Assembly (NCBI GenBank): GCA_964016885.1
Contig: OZ024759.1
Location: 14,136,001-14,200,000 of the forward strand
DNA from: Eledone cirrhosa
Taxonomy: Eukaryota
Length of the DNA: 64,000 nt
Reading direction: 5' to 3'
The notes below the pieces were generated by a model. That model had not been told where the DNA came from and did no database searches. It saw only the letters and a program-made list of their open reading frames with translations. Position numbers and translations under genes: made by a program. The first letter of the stretch is position 1, and each line of letters begins with the position of its first letter. Positions 9,641 through 24,300 of this stretch are shown in pieces.

Positions 9641-12600
9641 CCCCATACCTCCTCGCTTCATCAAGCGAGGAATCTCATGTTTTATATTATAAATGCCGGA
9701 AAAATAAAAGACAAGTGTTGTGAGATGGTGGAGATGTTAGAGAGGTGACAACAAGATGTGTGCTATGAGGAAGAAATTAGGTGTTGGGCCACTTCAGCCA
9801 GATTCGTTATAGGCAATGTACACCAGTACAAATTATTCTGGGTGTGTAGCAGTAAAGAATGGGTGGGATAAGTATACTCCTATCTTAAAAATGAGTAGAC
9901 CAGGTAATTGAGGTAGTCAGGATATGTGATAGAAGAATTAAACATAGACTAGTCTGGGTAATACAACAGCCACCTATACTACCTGTATGTAATCCACAGG
10001 CTAGACATAGAGACCAGCAGAAAGACCACTTCTATGAGGTCCTCTTGCAAGCTACATCAACAACAAATGACAGTGATCTCATTCTCACAGCTGGCGATGT
10101 CAATGGACATGTGAAACAGCAAGATGGATTTCATGTTGTATATAGAAGCTAGGATTCAGTACAAGAAATGGGGAGGGGTGAAGACTTCTGGAGTTCAGTG
10201 AATCTCTTGATCTAACCACCTGGAACATAAACCTCAAGGAAGTAATCAGCTACTTGGTCAGTTACTAATCAGGTGGACACATAAACCAAATAGACTTCAT
10301 TCTGATCAGGAAATGAGACAGGCAAATGGTTGTAAATGCCAAGTGCTTTTCTGGGGAAGAATGTACCTTCCACCATAGATTGGGTATCAGTGACATTTGA
10401 GTAAGAGCAAGGTGGACCAAGAGACAAAGGCTGTCTTTAGATCTACAAATGCTAGATATAGTGGCTTAATCTTAGCTAAGTTCTTCTGTAATTCTATCAG
10501 ATAAACATTGGCATCACCCCTATCTGTCATAAATCGAAACTGCATTATATCTAACTTGAATCTGTCCTTAATTAGTTGGACCAGTCATTGGGTATGACAC
10601 CATCCTGTACTACTTGATTAACTATACGTGTGACTAACTCATATTTTACCATACCAGATTATTTTAACCTCTCAGCAACTATACAGGATGGCCCAGCTGC
10701 CTTCTCTAGCTTCATCTCATTAATTGCTTTATTTATTACAATGCTGACAACTTTTATGACTGGCTCCTCAGTTGGGTTTACATGGGGTCGGCCCTCACTG
10801 TCCCATTTATTTTCCACGCTCAGCAGCCTCTTATACTGAGTCTGCCATGCCTGTTTTGAGCAACCTACAGGGCAAGTGTTTAACTATCATTTCGGATACA
10901 CTTTTTAAACATAGACTAGTCTGGGTAATAAAACAGCCACCTATACTACCTGTATGTAATCCACAGGCTAGACATAGAGACCAGCAGAAAGACCACTTCT
11001 ATGAGGTCCTCTTGCAAGCTACATCAACAACAAATGACAGTGATTTCATTCTCACAGCTGGCGACTTCAATGGACATGTGAAACAGCAAGATGGATTTCA
11101 TGTTGTATATAGAAGCTAGGCTTCAGTACAAGAAATTGGGAGGGGTCCAGACTTCTGGTATTCAGTGATTCTCTTGATCTAACCATCTGGAACATAAACC
11201 TCAAGGAAGTAGTCAGCTACTTGGTCAGTTACTAATCAGGTGGACACATAAACCAAATAGACTTCATTCTGATCAGGAAATGAGACAGGCAAATGGTTGT
11301 AAATGCCAAGTCCTTTCCTGGGGAAGAATGTACCTTCCACCATAGATTGGGTGTTAGTGACATTTGAGTAAGAGCTAGGTGGACCAAGAGACAAATGCCA
11401 GTCTGGAGAAGGAAGACCTTGAAACATTGAAACTGAGAGAATCTTCTCTAGGTAACAAATTTAGAGAAATCCCTCTTGAGGCCTATGACTGTAAGGAAGA
11501 AGAATTAAAGATATATAACATAGAGAAATATTGGTAAATTCTACATGACACCCTTCTGGTAGCTATAAGCTAGGTTAGACCAAGAGAGAGGGTGATGTTG
11601 TGGTGAAAGGATAACGAAGAAAAAGCAATTACATTATTTTAGCCTCTCAGCAACTATACAGGTTGGTCCAGCTGCCTTCTCAACCTACATCTCATTAATT
11701 GCTTTATCTATTACTATGCTGACAACTTTTATGACTTTCCCTCAGTTGGATTTACAGGCAACAAATTTAGAGAAATATTTCTTGAGGCCTATGACTGTAA
11801 GGCCGAAGAATTAAGGATATATAACATACAGAAAAATTGGGAAACTCTACGACACCCTGCTGGTAGCTATAAGTCTGTGGTTGAAACAAGGTTCGACCAA
11901 GACAGAGGGTGATGTTGTGGTGGAAGGAGAAGGAAGAAAGACCCATTAGAAGAACAATATCAGCCTGGAGATAATGGAAGAATAGAGGAGACAGCAAGTA
12001 ATACCAGGCAACTAAAAGAGAGGCCAGGTACCAAGTATATATAACAAGGGGAGAGGCAGAAAAGTAGAAAATTGTAAATGTTTTCTGCAATCAAATCCCA
12101 TGTTTTACTGCTGTGTAGTATAGTAGTTCATACACAGGCATTATACAGTCTCCTCATCTCTGTGGGAGGAAAGCCCTTTGTTACCAGCAGTGTTAATAGC
12201 TCTATAAACATCTCCTATCCTGTTCTTTGTCAATGTATCCCACTTTTAGCACCTCCTCGCCCACTGCAAATTTGATGGCCTAGGTAAGAAAAGCCCTTGT
12301 AAACCATTGATCTACACCTAGCTTCTTGTGCCTACCAGATTATAGGGCCTGAAATTGAGTCAAAGGCTGTCTTTAGATATACAAAATCTAGATATAGTGG
12401 CTTAATCTTAGCTAAGTTTTTCTGTAATTGTATCAGATGAACATTGGCATCACCCCTATCTGTCATAAATCGAAACTGCATTATATCTAACTTGAATCTG
12501 TCCTTAATTAGTTGGACCAGTCATTGGGTATGACACAATCCTGTACTACTTGATTAACTATACGTGTGACTAACTCATATTTTACCATACCAGATTATTT

Positions 12601-13308
12601 TAGTCTCTCAGCAACTATACAGCATGGTCCAGCTGCCTTCTCTACCTTCATCTCATTAATTGATTTATCTATTACAATGCTGACAACTTTTATGACTGGC
12701 CCCTCAGTTGGGTTTACATGAGGTAGGCCCTCACTGTCCCATTTATTTTGCACGCTCAGCAGCCTCTTATACTGAGTCTGCCATGCCTGTTTTGAGCAAC
12801 CTACAGGGCAAGTGTTTAACTATCATTTCGGATACACTTTTTCCACACCACATCATGACTTTCTCTAGCACACTGTTTCAGAAGCTGGAACAATATACAC
12901 TCACCGTACACACTGTAAAATGGTTGTTGATTGGAAAGATATCCAGCCATAGAAATATTTCCAAATATAGGGTTGGAAGATTCTTCTGTTGTGTCAAGGA
13001 CATGACAGGCTCCCTAGTTTTGGTGACCTACACGATAAACACACTCAGTACACCCTGTATAGGAAGGGCATCAAACCGTAGAAAGCTTGCTAAAGAAAAG
13101 GTTGGGAGGACCTTTCATTTGTGTGAAACATGAAACCTCTCATGTGCACTCAATAGAACATAAGACCATACATAAGTGAGAAGCAGAAACCCTGGCCCGC
13201 CAAGGAGATTAGTATACACACTTCAGTACTGACTTGGTCTATGTAGATCCGTCCAACCCTTGCTAGCAGGGAAAGTGGACTTTAAACTATGATGATGAAG
13301 ATGGTGAT
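9641..13308 (+). mobile_element. Dead RTE LINE with internal inversion and sub-duplications, unit 1 (S-L)
   Basis: APE start INAGKIKDKCCEMVEMLER*..EIRCWATSARF..YKLFW and FILTAGDFNGHVK on +. RT motifs (MQF.FM, YLAFV.LKTAFD) lie on -. The 3' end is gtccaaccc..gctagcagggaaagtggactttaaac followed by a (gat)n tail at 13250-13308. Confidence 0.88.
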
Positions 13309-13945
13309 ATATATAGGGCAGCTTTCCACATTAACCGTCTATAAAATTCCACTGATAACTTATTTATATTTACGTGTATATATCCGTGTGTGTAAATGCA
13401 TGTATTTGTTTTTCTGTGTATATATATATATAAAGATATATTTATGGATACATATATGTAATTTTTAAAATAATGTTTTCTTTTATTGTTCAATGTTTCC
13501 TTTTGCTTCATTTCAAATATATTTTAGATTGGTGTCCCAATGTATATCAATTCTGTTTTGTTTATCTGTTACGTGCCTTACCATTTCGTGAGTAAATGTC
13601 GTTGGCTGCTATTTCTAGCATGTCAGTCAACTACCTTCCCACCCATAATTTTAGCGCGAATTTTGAGTCTCCCTGTTTATGATGTTTACATAATTATTAA
13701 ATAACCGTCCCCCTCAAAATGTTAAGGCTAACGAGGCCCCTGTATATGTATAATATAAAATTATTTGAATTAAAATTATAGAAAATCTTTAGATTAATAT
13801 TGGGAAAATACTTGGAAATAATTTAGCGTGAATTAAATAGTTGTTTTATAAACAATGTACGAAGCTGAAATTTCGGCTTTTGATGAGCTGAGGATATATA
13901 TATATATATAAGTATAATGAAAGTTATCAAGCACAGAAATGCTAT

Positions 13946-14128
13946 AATGATAGCTTATAAGATAGGGTGTAGACCCTTAAAATACGGAAAAAGAAGTTGC
14001 CAACGATCGGCATGAGGAATTGAACCTGATATCTCCGGTATCTGAAATATATGGGGTTCAATTTTTATCATAGCGGCCGCTGGCAACTTCTTTTTCAGGG
14101 TCTTCACCCTATTTTCAAAGCTATCTTT
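13946..14128. other. Fold-back hairpin, unit 2
   Basis: Same inverted arms as 8787-8969. Confidence 0.85.
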
Positions 14129-14799
14129 TCTAAACATCAATTCTACGATACTTTTTATCATCTCCATACTGAGAAACTAAAGCTCCATCCTTAACCTAAG
14201 TCCCTAACACACAAATATATATATATATATATAGGGATTGGTATATTAACAATACGTGTTATAATATATACGATATATATTATTTGTGTGTATATATATA
14301 ACTTTCGTAAATCAATGAAATAATTCATTGTAATTTAATCCTCGTTATTTCATTGTTGATATCTGTTTCTCGCTTTCTCTTTCACTCTTTTTTTCTCACT
14401 CTGTATCTCTCTATCTGTCCCTCTCTCTAATTAGTTTAGCTGATTATCTCCCCTTGACTATAATTTTTCTCGCTCAGCGAAATTGCGTGTGTGCATGTCT
14501 GTATGTTTTTATAGTTTACTGGTTTCAGTCGTTTGACTGCGGTCATGCTGGGGCATAGGCTTGGTTTAGCTCATCATACTTACCTTAGTATCTATTTATG
14601 GGGCTTATGTTATCGATAGCGTTTCTATATATATGGAGAGAGAGAGATATTACGCTATTTTCTCATACTTGGTGTAACAAATATCTATATACAATAATTC
14701 AATTTGCGTGATCTACCTAGTACGGATATTCTTCACCGAATTCATTACGGTCGTGGGTCCCTAAAGCCCAGTAAAATAGTATGACTGTCATGCAGCCCT

Positions 14800-17700
14800 C
14801 CCCATACCTCCTCGCTTCATCAAGCGAGGAATCTCATGTTTTATATTATAAATGCCGGAAAAATAAAAGACAAGTGTTGTGAGATGGTGGAGATGTTAGA
14901 GAGGTGACAACAAGATGTGTGCCATGAGGAAGAAATTAGGTGTTGGGCCACTTCAGCCAGATTCGTTATAGGCAATGTACACCAGTACAAATTATTCTTG
15001 GTGTGTAGCAGTAAAGAATGGGTTGGATAAGTATACTCCTATCTGAAAAAAGAGTAGACCAGGTAATTGAGGTAGTCAGGATATGTGATAGAAGAATTAA
15101 ACATAGACTAGTCTAGGTAATACAACAGCCACCTATACTACCTGTATGTAATCCACAGGCTAGACATAGAGACCATGGAAAGACCACTTCTATGAGGTCC
15201 TCTTGCAAGCTTCATCAACAACAAATGACAGTGATCTCATTGTCAATGGACATGTGAAACAGCAAGATGGATTTCATGTTTTATATAGAAGCTAGGTTTA
15301 CAGTACAAGAAATGGGGCGGGATCCAGACTTCTGGAGTTCAGTGATTCTCTTGATCTAACCACCTGGAACATAAACCTCAAGGAAGTAGTCAGCTACTTG
15401 GTCAGTTACTAATCAGGTGGACACATAAACCAAATAGACTTCATTCTGACCAGGAAATGAGACAGGCAAATGGTTGTAAATGCCAAGTCCTTTCCTAGGG
15501 AAAAATGTACCTTCCACCATAGATTGGGTGTCAGTGACATTTGAGTATGAGCTAGGTGGACCAAGAGACAAAGGCTGTCTTTATATTTACAAAATCTAGA
15601 TATAGTGGCTTATTCTTTGCTAAGTTCTTCTGTAAGTGTATCAGATGAACATTGGCATCACCCCTATCTGTCATAAATCAAAACTGCATTATATCTAACT
15701 TGAATCTGTCCTTAATTAGTTGGACCAGTCATTGGGTATGACACCATCCTGTACTACTTGATTACCTATACGTGTGACTAACACATATTTCACCATACCA
15801 GATTATTTTAGCCTCTCAGCAACTATACAGGATGGCCCAGCTGCCTTCTCTACCTTCATCTCATTAATTGCTTTATTTATTACAATGCTGACAACTTTTA
15901 TGACTGGCTCCTCAGTTGGGTTTACATGGGGTCGGCCCTCACTGTCCCATTTATTTTCCACGCTCAGCAGCCACTTATACTGAGTCTGCCATGCCTGTTT
16001 TGAGCAACCTACAGGGCCAGTGTTTAACTATCGTTTCGGATACACTTTTTAAACATAGACTAGTCTGGGTAATTCAACAGCCACCTGTACTACCTGTATA
16101 TAATCCACAGGCTAGACATAGAGACCATGGAAAGACCACTTCTATGAGGTCCTCTTGCAAGCTACATCTACAACAAATGACAGTGATTTCATTCTCACAG
16201 CTGGCGATTTCAATGGACATGTGAAACAGCAAGATGGATTTCATGTTGTATATAGAGGCTAGGCTTACAGTACAAGAAATTGGGAAGGGTCCAGACTTCT
16301 GGTGTTCAGAGATTCTCTTGATCTAACCATCTGGAACATAAACTTCAAGGAAGTAGTCAGCTACTTGGTCAGTTACTAATCAGGTGGACACATAAACCAA
16401 ATAGACTTCATTCTGATCAGGAAATCAGACAGGCAAATGGTTGAAAATGACAAGTCCTTTTCTGGGGAAGAATGTACCTTCCACCATAGATGGGGTGTCA
16501 GTGACATTTGAGTAAGAGCTAGGTGGACCAAGAGACAAATGCCAGTCTGGAGAAGGAAGACCTTGAAACATTGAAACTGAGAGAATCTTCTCTAGGTAAC
16601 AAATTTAGAGAAATCCCTCTTGAGGCCTATGACTGTAAGGAAGAGGAATTAAAGATACATAACATAGAGAAATATTGGTAAATTCTACATGACACCCTGC
16701 TGGTAGCTATAAGCTAGGTTCGACCAAGATAGAGGGTGATGTTGTGGTGGAAGGATAAGGAAGAAAAAGCAATTAGATTATTCTAGCCTCTCAGCAACTA
16801 TACAGGATGGTCCAGCTGCCTTCTCTACCTCCATCCCATTAATTGCTTTATATATTACTATGCTGACAACTTTTATGACAGTCCCCTCAGTTGAATTTAC
16901 AGGCAACAAATTTAGAGAAATATTTCTTGAGGCCTATGACTGTAAGGCCGAAGAATTAAGGATATAAAACATACAGAAAAATTGGGAAACTCTACGTCAC
17001 CCTGCTGGTAGCTATAAGCCTGTGCTTGAAACAAGGTTCGACCAAGACAGAGGGTGATGTGTGGTGGAAGGATAAGGAAGAAAGACCCATTAGAAGAACA
17101 ATATCAGCCTGGAGATAATGGAGGAATGGAGGAGACAGCAAGTAATACCAGGCAACTAAAAGAGAGGCCAGGTACCAAGTATATATAACAAGGGGAGAGG
17201 CAGAAAAGTAGAAAATTTGCAAATGTTTTCTGCAATCAAATCCCATGTTTTACTGCTGTGTAGTATTGTAGTTCATACACAGGCATTATACAGTCTACTC
17301 ATCTCTGTGGGAGGAAAGCCCTCTGTTATCAGCAGTGTTAATAGCTCTATAAACATCTCCTATCCTGTTCTTAGCCAATGTATCCCACTTTTAGCACCTC
17401 CTCCCCCACTGCAAATTTGATGGCCTAGGTAAGAAAAGCCCTTGTAAACCATTGATCTACACCTAGCTTCTTGTGCCTACCAGATTATAGGGCCTGAAAT
17501 TGAGTCAAAGGCTGTCTTTAGATCTACAAAAGCTAGATATAGTGGCTTAATCTTAGCTAAGTTCTTCTGTAATTGTATCAGATGAACATTGGCATCACCC
17601 CTATCTGTCATCAATTGAAACTGCATTATATCTAACTTGAATCTGTCCTTAATTAGTTGGACCAGTCATTGGGTATGACACCATCCTGTACTACTTGATT

Positions 17701-19889
17701 AACTATACGTGTGACTAACTCATATTTTACCATACCAGATTATTTTAACCTCTCAGCAACTATACAGGATGGCCCAGCTGCCTTCTCTAGCTTCATCTCA
17801 TTAATTGCTTTATTTATTACAATGCTGACAACTTTTATGACTGGCTCCTCAGTTGGGTTTACATGGGGTCGGCCCTCACTGTCCCATTTATTTTCCACGC
17901 TCAGCAGCCTCTTATACTGAGTCTGCCATGCCTGTTTTGAGCAACCTACAGGGCAAGTGTTTAACTATCATTTCGGATACACTTTTTAAACATAGACTAG
18001 TCTGGGTAATAAAACAGCCACCTATACTACCTGTATGTAATCCACAGGCTAGACATAGAGACCAGCAGAAAGACCACTTCTATGAGGTCCTCTTGCAAGC
18101 TACATCAACAACAAATGACAGTGATTTCATTCTCACAGCTGGCGACTTCAATGGACATGTGAAACAGCAAGATGGATTTCATGTTGTATATAGAAGCTAG
18201 GCTTCAGTACAAGAAATTGGGAGGGGTCCAGACTTCTGGTATTCAGTGATTCTCTTGATCTAACCATCTGGAACATAAACTTCAAGGAAGTAGTCAGCTA
18301 CTTGGTCAGTTACTAATTAGGTGGACACATAAACCAAATAGACTTCATTCTGATCAGGAAATGAGACAGGCACAAGGTTGTAAATGCCAAGTCCTTTCCT
18401 GGGGAAGAATGTACCTTCCACCATAGATTGGGTGTTAGTGACATTTGAGTAAGAGCTAGGTGGACCAAGAGACAAATGCCAGTCTGGAGAAGGAAGACCT
18501 TGAAACATTGAAACTGAGAGAATCTTCTCTAGGTAACAAATTTAGAGAAATCCCTCTTGAGGCCTATGACTGTAAGGAAGAAGAATTAGAGATATATAAC
18601 ACAGAGAAATATTGGTAAATTCTACATGACACCCTGCTGGTAGCTATAAGCTAGGTTCGACCAAGAGAGAGGGTGATGTTGTGGTGGAAGGATAAGGAAG
18701 AAAAAGCAATTACATTATTTTAGCCTCTCAGCAACTATACAGGATGGTCCAGCTGCCTTCTCTACCTACATCTCATTAATTGCTTTATCTATTACTATGC
18801 TGACAACTTTTATGACTTTCCCTCAGGTAGATTTACAGGCAACAAATTTAGAGAAATATTTCTTGAGGCCTGTGACTGTAAGGCCGAAGAATTAAGGATA
18901 TAAAACATACAGAAAAATCGGGAAACTCTACGTCACCCTGCTGGTAGCTATAAGTCTGTGGTTGAAACAAGGTTCGACCAAGACAGAGGGTGCTCTTGTG
19001 GTGGAAGGATAAGGAAGAAAGACCCATTAGAAGAACAATATCTGTCATCAATTGAAACTGCATTATATCTAACTTGAATCTGTCCTTAATTAGTTGGACC
19101 AGTCATTGGGTATGACACCATCCTGTACTACTTGATTAACTATACGTGTGACTAACACATATTTTACCATACCAGATTATTTTAGCCTCTCAGCAACTAT
19201 ATAGGCTGGCCCAGCTGCCTTCTCTAACTTCATCTCATTAATTGATTTATCTATTACAAGGCTGACAACTTTTATGACTGGCCCCTCAGTTGGGTTTACA
19301 TGGGGTCGGCCCTCACTTTCCATTTATTTTCCACGCTCAGCAGCCTCTTATACTGAGTCTGCCATGCCTGTTTTGAGCAACCTACAGGGCAAGTGTTTAA
19401 CTATCATTTCGGATACACTTTTTCCACACAACATCATGACTTCCTCTAGCACACTGTTTCAGAATCTGGAACAATATACACTCACAGTACACACTGTAAA
19501 ATGGTTGGTGATTGGAAAGATATCCAGCCATAGAAATATTTCCAAATATAGGGTTGGAAGATTCTTCTGTTGTGTCAAGGACATGACAGGCTCCCTAGTG
19601 TTGGTGACCTACACGATAAACACACTCAGTACACCCTGTATAGGAAGGGCATCAAACCGTAGAAAGCTTGCTAAAGTAAAGGTTGGGAGGACCTTTCATT
19701 TGTGAGGAAGATGAAACCTCTGCTGTGCACTCAATAGAACATAAGACCATACATAAGTGAGAAGCAGAACCCCTGGCCCGCCAAGGAGATTTGTATACAC
19801 ACTTCAGTACTGACTTGGTCTATGTAGATCCGTCCAACCCTTGCTAGCAGGGAAAGTGGACTTTAAACTGTGATGATGAAGATGGTGAT
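14800..19889 (+). mobile_element. Dead rearranged RTE LINE, unit 2 (S-L-L, ~0.5-kb deletion in the last L)
   Basis: APE block restarts (taaacatagactag) near 15099, 16051 and 17988. The deletion junction is at 19039-19042. Confidence 0.85.
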
Positions 19890-20528
19890 ATATATAGGGC
19901 AGCTTTCCACATTAACCGTCTATAAAATTCCACTGATAACTTATTTATATTTACGTGTATATATCCGTGTGTGTAAATGCATGTATTTGTTTTTCTGTGT
20001 ATATATATATATAAAGATATATTTATGGATACATATATGTAATTTTTAAAATAATGTTTTCTTTTATTGTTCAATGTTTCCTTTTGCTTCATTTCAAATA
20101 TATTTTAGATTGGTGTCCCAATGTATATCAATTCTGTTTTGTTTATCTGTTACGTGCCTCACCATTTCGTGAGTAAATGTCGTTGGCTGCTATTTCTAGC
20201 ATGTCAGTCAACTACCTTCCCACCCATAGTTTTAGCGCGAATTTTGAGTCTCCCTGTTTATGATGTTTACATAATTATCAAATAACTGTCCCCCTCAAAA
20301 TGTTAAGGCAAACGAGACCACTGTATATGTATAATATAAAATTATTTGAATTCAAATTATAGAAAATCTTTACATTAATATTGGGAAAATAGTTGGATAT
20401 AATTTAGCGTGAATTAAATAGTTGTTTTATAAACAATGTACGAAGCTGAAATTTCGGCTTTTGATGAGCTGAGGATATATATATATATATATAAGTATAA
20501 TGAAAGTTATCAAGCACAGAAATGCTAT

Positions 20529-20711
20529 AAAGGTAGCTTATAAGATAGGGTGTAGACCCTTAAAATACGGAAAAAGAAGTTGCCAACGATCGGCATGAGG
20601 AATTGAACCTGATGTCTCCGGTATCTGAAATATATGGGGTTCAATTTTTATCATAGCGGCTGATGGCAACTTCTTTTTCAGGGTCTTCACCCTATTTTCT
20701 AAGCTATCTTT
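20529..20711. other. Fold-back hairpin, unit 3
   Basis: Same inverted arms as 8787-8969. Confidence 0.85.
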
Positions 20712-21379
20712 TCTAAACATCAATTCTACGATACTTTTTATCATCTCCATACTGAGAAACTAAAGCTCCATCCCTAACCTAGGTCCCTAACACACAAATA
20801 TATATATATATATAGGGATTGGTATATTAACAATACGTGTTATAATATATACGACATATATTATTTGTGTGTATATATATAACTTTCGTAAATCAATGAA
20901 ATAATTAATTGTAATTTAATCCTCGTTATTTCATTGTTGATATCTGTTTCTCGCTTTCTCTTTCACTCTTTTTTTCTCACTCTGTATCTCTCTATCTGTC
21001 CCCCTCTCTAATTAGTTTAGCTGATTATCTCCCCTTGACTATAATTTTTCTCGCTCAGCGAAATACGTGTGTGCATGTCTGTATGTTTTTATAGTTTACT
21101 GGTTTCAGTCGTTTGACTGCGGTCATGCTGGGGCATAGGCTTCGTTTAGCTCATCATACTTACCTTAGTATCTATTTATGGGGCTTATGTTATCGATAGC
21201 GTTTCTATATATATGGAGAGAGAGAGATATTACGCTATTTTCTCATACTTGGTGTAACAAATATCTATATACAATAACTCAATTTGCGTGGTCTACCTAG
21301 TACGGATATTCTTCACCGAATTTATTACGGTCGTGGGTCCCTAAAGCCCAGTAAAATAGTATGACTGTCATGCAGCCCT

Positions 21380-24300
21380 CCCCATACCTCCTCGCTTCAT
21401 CAAGCGAGGAATGTCATGTTTTATATTATAAATGCTGGAAAAATAAAAGACAAGTGTTGTGAGATGGTGGAGATGTTAGAGAGGTGACAACAAGATGTGT
21501 GCCATGAGGAAGAAATTAGGTGTTGGGCCACTTCAGCCAGATTCGTTATAGGCAATGTACACCAGTACAAATTATTCTTGGTGTGTAGCAGTAAAGAATG
21601 GGTGGGATAAGTATACTCCTATTTGAAAAATGATTAGACCAGATAATTGAGGTAGTCAGGATATGTGATAGAAGAATTAAACGTAGACTAGTCTGGGTAA
21701 TACAACAGCCACCTATACTACCTGTATGTAATCCACAGGCTAGACATAGAGACCAGCAGAGAGACCACTTCTATGAGGTCCTCTTGCAAGCTACATCAAC
21801 AACAAATGACAGTGACCTCATTGTCAATGGACATGTGAAACAGCAAGATGGATTTCATGTTTTATATAGAAGCTAGGTTTACAGTACAAGAAATGGGGCG
21901 GGATCCAGACTTCTGGAGTTCAGTGATTCTCTTGATCTAACCACCTGGAACATAAACCTCAAGGAAGTAGTCAGCTACTTGGTCAGTTACTAATCAGGTG
22001 GACACATAAACCAAATAGACTTCATTCTAACCAGGAAACGAGACAGGCAAATGGTTGTAAATGCCAAGTCCTTTCCTGGGGAAGAATGTACCTTCCACCA
22101 TAGATTGGGTGTCAGTGACATTTGAGTATGAGCTAGGTGGACCAAGAGACAAAGGCTGTCTTTATATTTACAAAATGTAGATATAGTGGCTTATTCTTAG
22201 CTAAGTTCTTCTGTAAGTGTATCAGATGAACATTGGCATCACCCCTATCTGTCATAAATCAAAACTGCATTATATCTAACTTGAATCTGTCCTTAATTAG
22301 TTGGACCAGTCATTGGGTATGACACCATCCTGTACTACTTGATTAACTATACGTGTGACTAACACATATTTCACCATACCAGATTATTTTAGCCTCTCAG
22401 CAACTATACAGGATGGCCCAGCTGCCTTCTCTACCTTCATCTCATTAATTGTTTTATTTATTACAATGCTGACAACTTTTATGACTGGCTCCTCAGTTGG
22501 GTTTACATGGGGTCGGCCCTCACTGTCCCATTTATTTTCCACGCTCAGCAGCCTCTTATACTGAGTCTGCCATGCCTGTTTTGAGCAACCTACAGGGCCA
22601 GTGTTTAACTATCGTTTCGGATACACTTTTTAAACATAGACTAGTCTGGGTAATTCAACAGCCACCTATACTACCTGTATGTAATCCACAGGCTAGACAT
22701 AGAGACCATGGAAAGACCACTTCTATGAGGTCCTCTTGCAAGCTACATCTACAACAAATGACAGTGATTTCATTCTCACAGCTGGCGATTTCAATGGACA
22801 TGTGAAACAGCAAGATGGATTTCATGTTGTATATAGAGGCTAGGCTTACAGTACAAGAAATTGGGAAGGGGCCAGACTTCTGGTGTTTAGAGATTTTCAT
22901 GATCTAACCATCTGGAACATAAACTTCAAGGAAGTAGTCAGCTACTTGGTCAGTTACTAATCAGGTGGACACATAAACCAAATAGACTTCATTCTGATCA
23001 GGAAATGAGACAGGCAAATGGTTGAAAATGACAAGTCCTTTTCTGGGGAAGAATGTACCTTCCACCATAGATTGGGTGTCAGTGACATTTGAGTAAGAGC
23101 TAGGTGGACCAAGAGACAAATGCCAGTCTGGAGAAGGAAGACCTTGAAACATTGAAACTGAGAGAATCTTCTCTAGGTAACAAATTTAGAGAAATCCCTC
23201 TTGAGGCCTATGACTGTAAGGAAGAGGAATTAAAGATACATAACATAGAGAAATATTGGTAAATTCTACATGACACCCTGCTGGTAGCTATAAGCTAGGT
23301 TCGACCAAGAGAGAGGGTGATGTTGTGGTGGAAGGATAAGGAAGAAAAAGCAATTAGATTATTCTAGCCTCTCAGCAACTATACAGGATGGTCCAGCTGC
23401 CTTCTCTACCTACATCCCATTAATTGATTTATCTATTACTATGCTGACAACTTTTATGACTGTCCCCTCAGTTGGATTTACAGGCAACAAATTTAGAGAA
23501 ATATTTCTTGAGGCCTATGACTGTAAGGCCGAAGAATTAAGGATATAAAACATACAGAAAAATTGCGAAACTCTACGTCACCCTGCTGGTAGCTATAAGC
23601 CTGTGCTTGAAACAAGGTTCGACCAAGACAGATGGTGATGTTGTGGTGGAAGGATAAGGAAGAAAGACCCATTAGAAGAACAATATCAGCCTGGAGATAA
23701 TGGAGGAATGGAGGAGACAGCAAGTAATACCAGGCAACTAAAAGAGAGGCCAGGTACCAAGTATATGTAACAAGGGGAGAGGCAGAAAAGTAGAAAATTT
23801 GCAAATGTTTTCTGCAATCAAATCCCATGTTTTACTGCTGTGTAGTATTGTAGTTCATACACAGGCATTATACAGTCTACTCATCTCTGTGGGAGGAAAG
23901 CCCTCTGTTATCAGCAGTGTTAATAGCTCTATAAACATTTCCTATCCTGTTCTTAGCCAATGTATCCCACTTTTAGCACCTCCTCCCCCACTGCAAATTT
24001 GATGGCCTAGGTAAGAAAAGCCCTTGTAAGCCATTGATGTCCACCTAGCTCCTTGTGCCTACCAGATTATAGGGCCTGAAATTGAGTCAAAGGCTGTCTT
24101 TAGATCTACAAAAGCTAGATATAGTGGCTTAATCTTAGCTAAGTTCTTCTGTAATTGTATCAGATGAACATTGGCATCACTCCTATCTGTCATAAATCGA
24201 AACTGCATTATATCTAACTTGAATCTGTGCTTAATTAGTTGGACCACTCATTGGGTATGACACCATCCTGTACTACTTGATTAACTATACGTGTGACTAA

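Noticed and set aside
9650-9671. Perfect 9-bp stem-loop tcctcgctt-catc-aagcgagga in every unit
   Set aside because: Short, located at the RTE 5' region, imperfect in the left-arm copy, and without other support for function.
12708-13133. Recurrent 141-206-aa + strand ORFs (also 19274, 24429, 30477, 37409, 46458, 55507, 61419)
   Set aside because: These are antisense readings of the RTE linker running into its 3' UTR. Starts and frames differ between copies.
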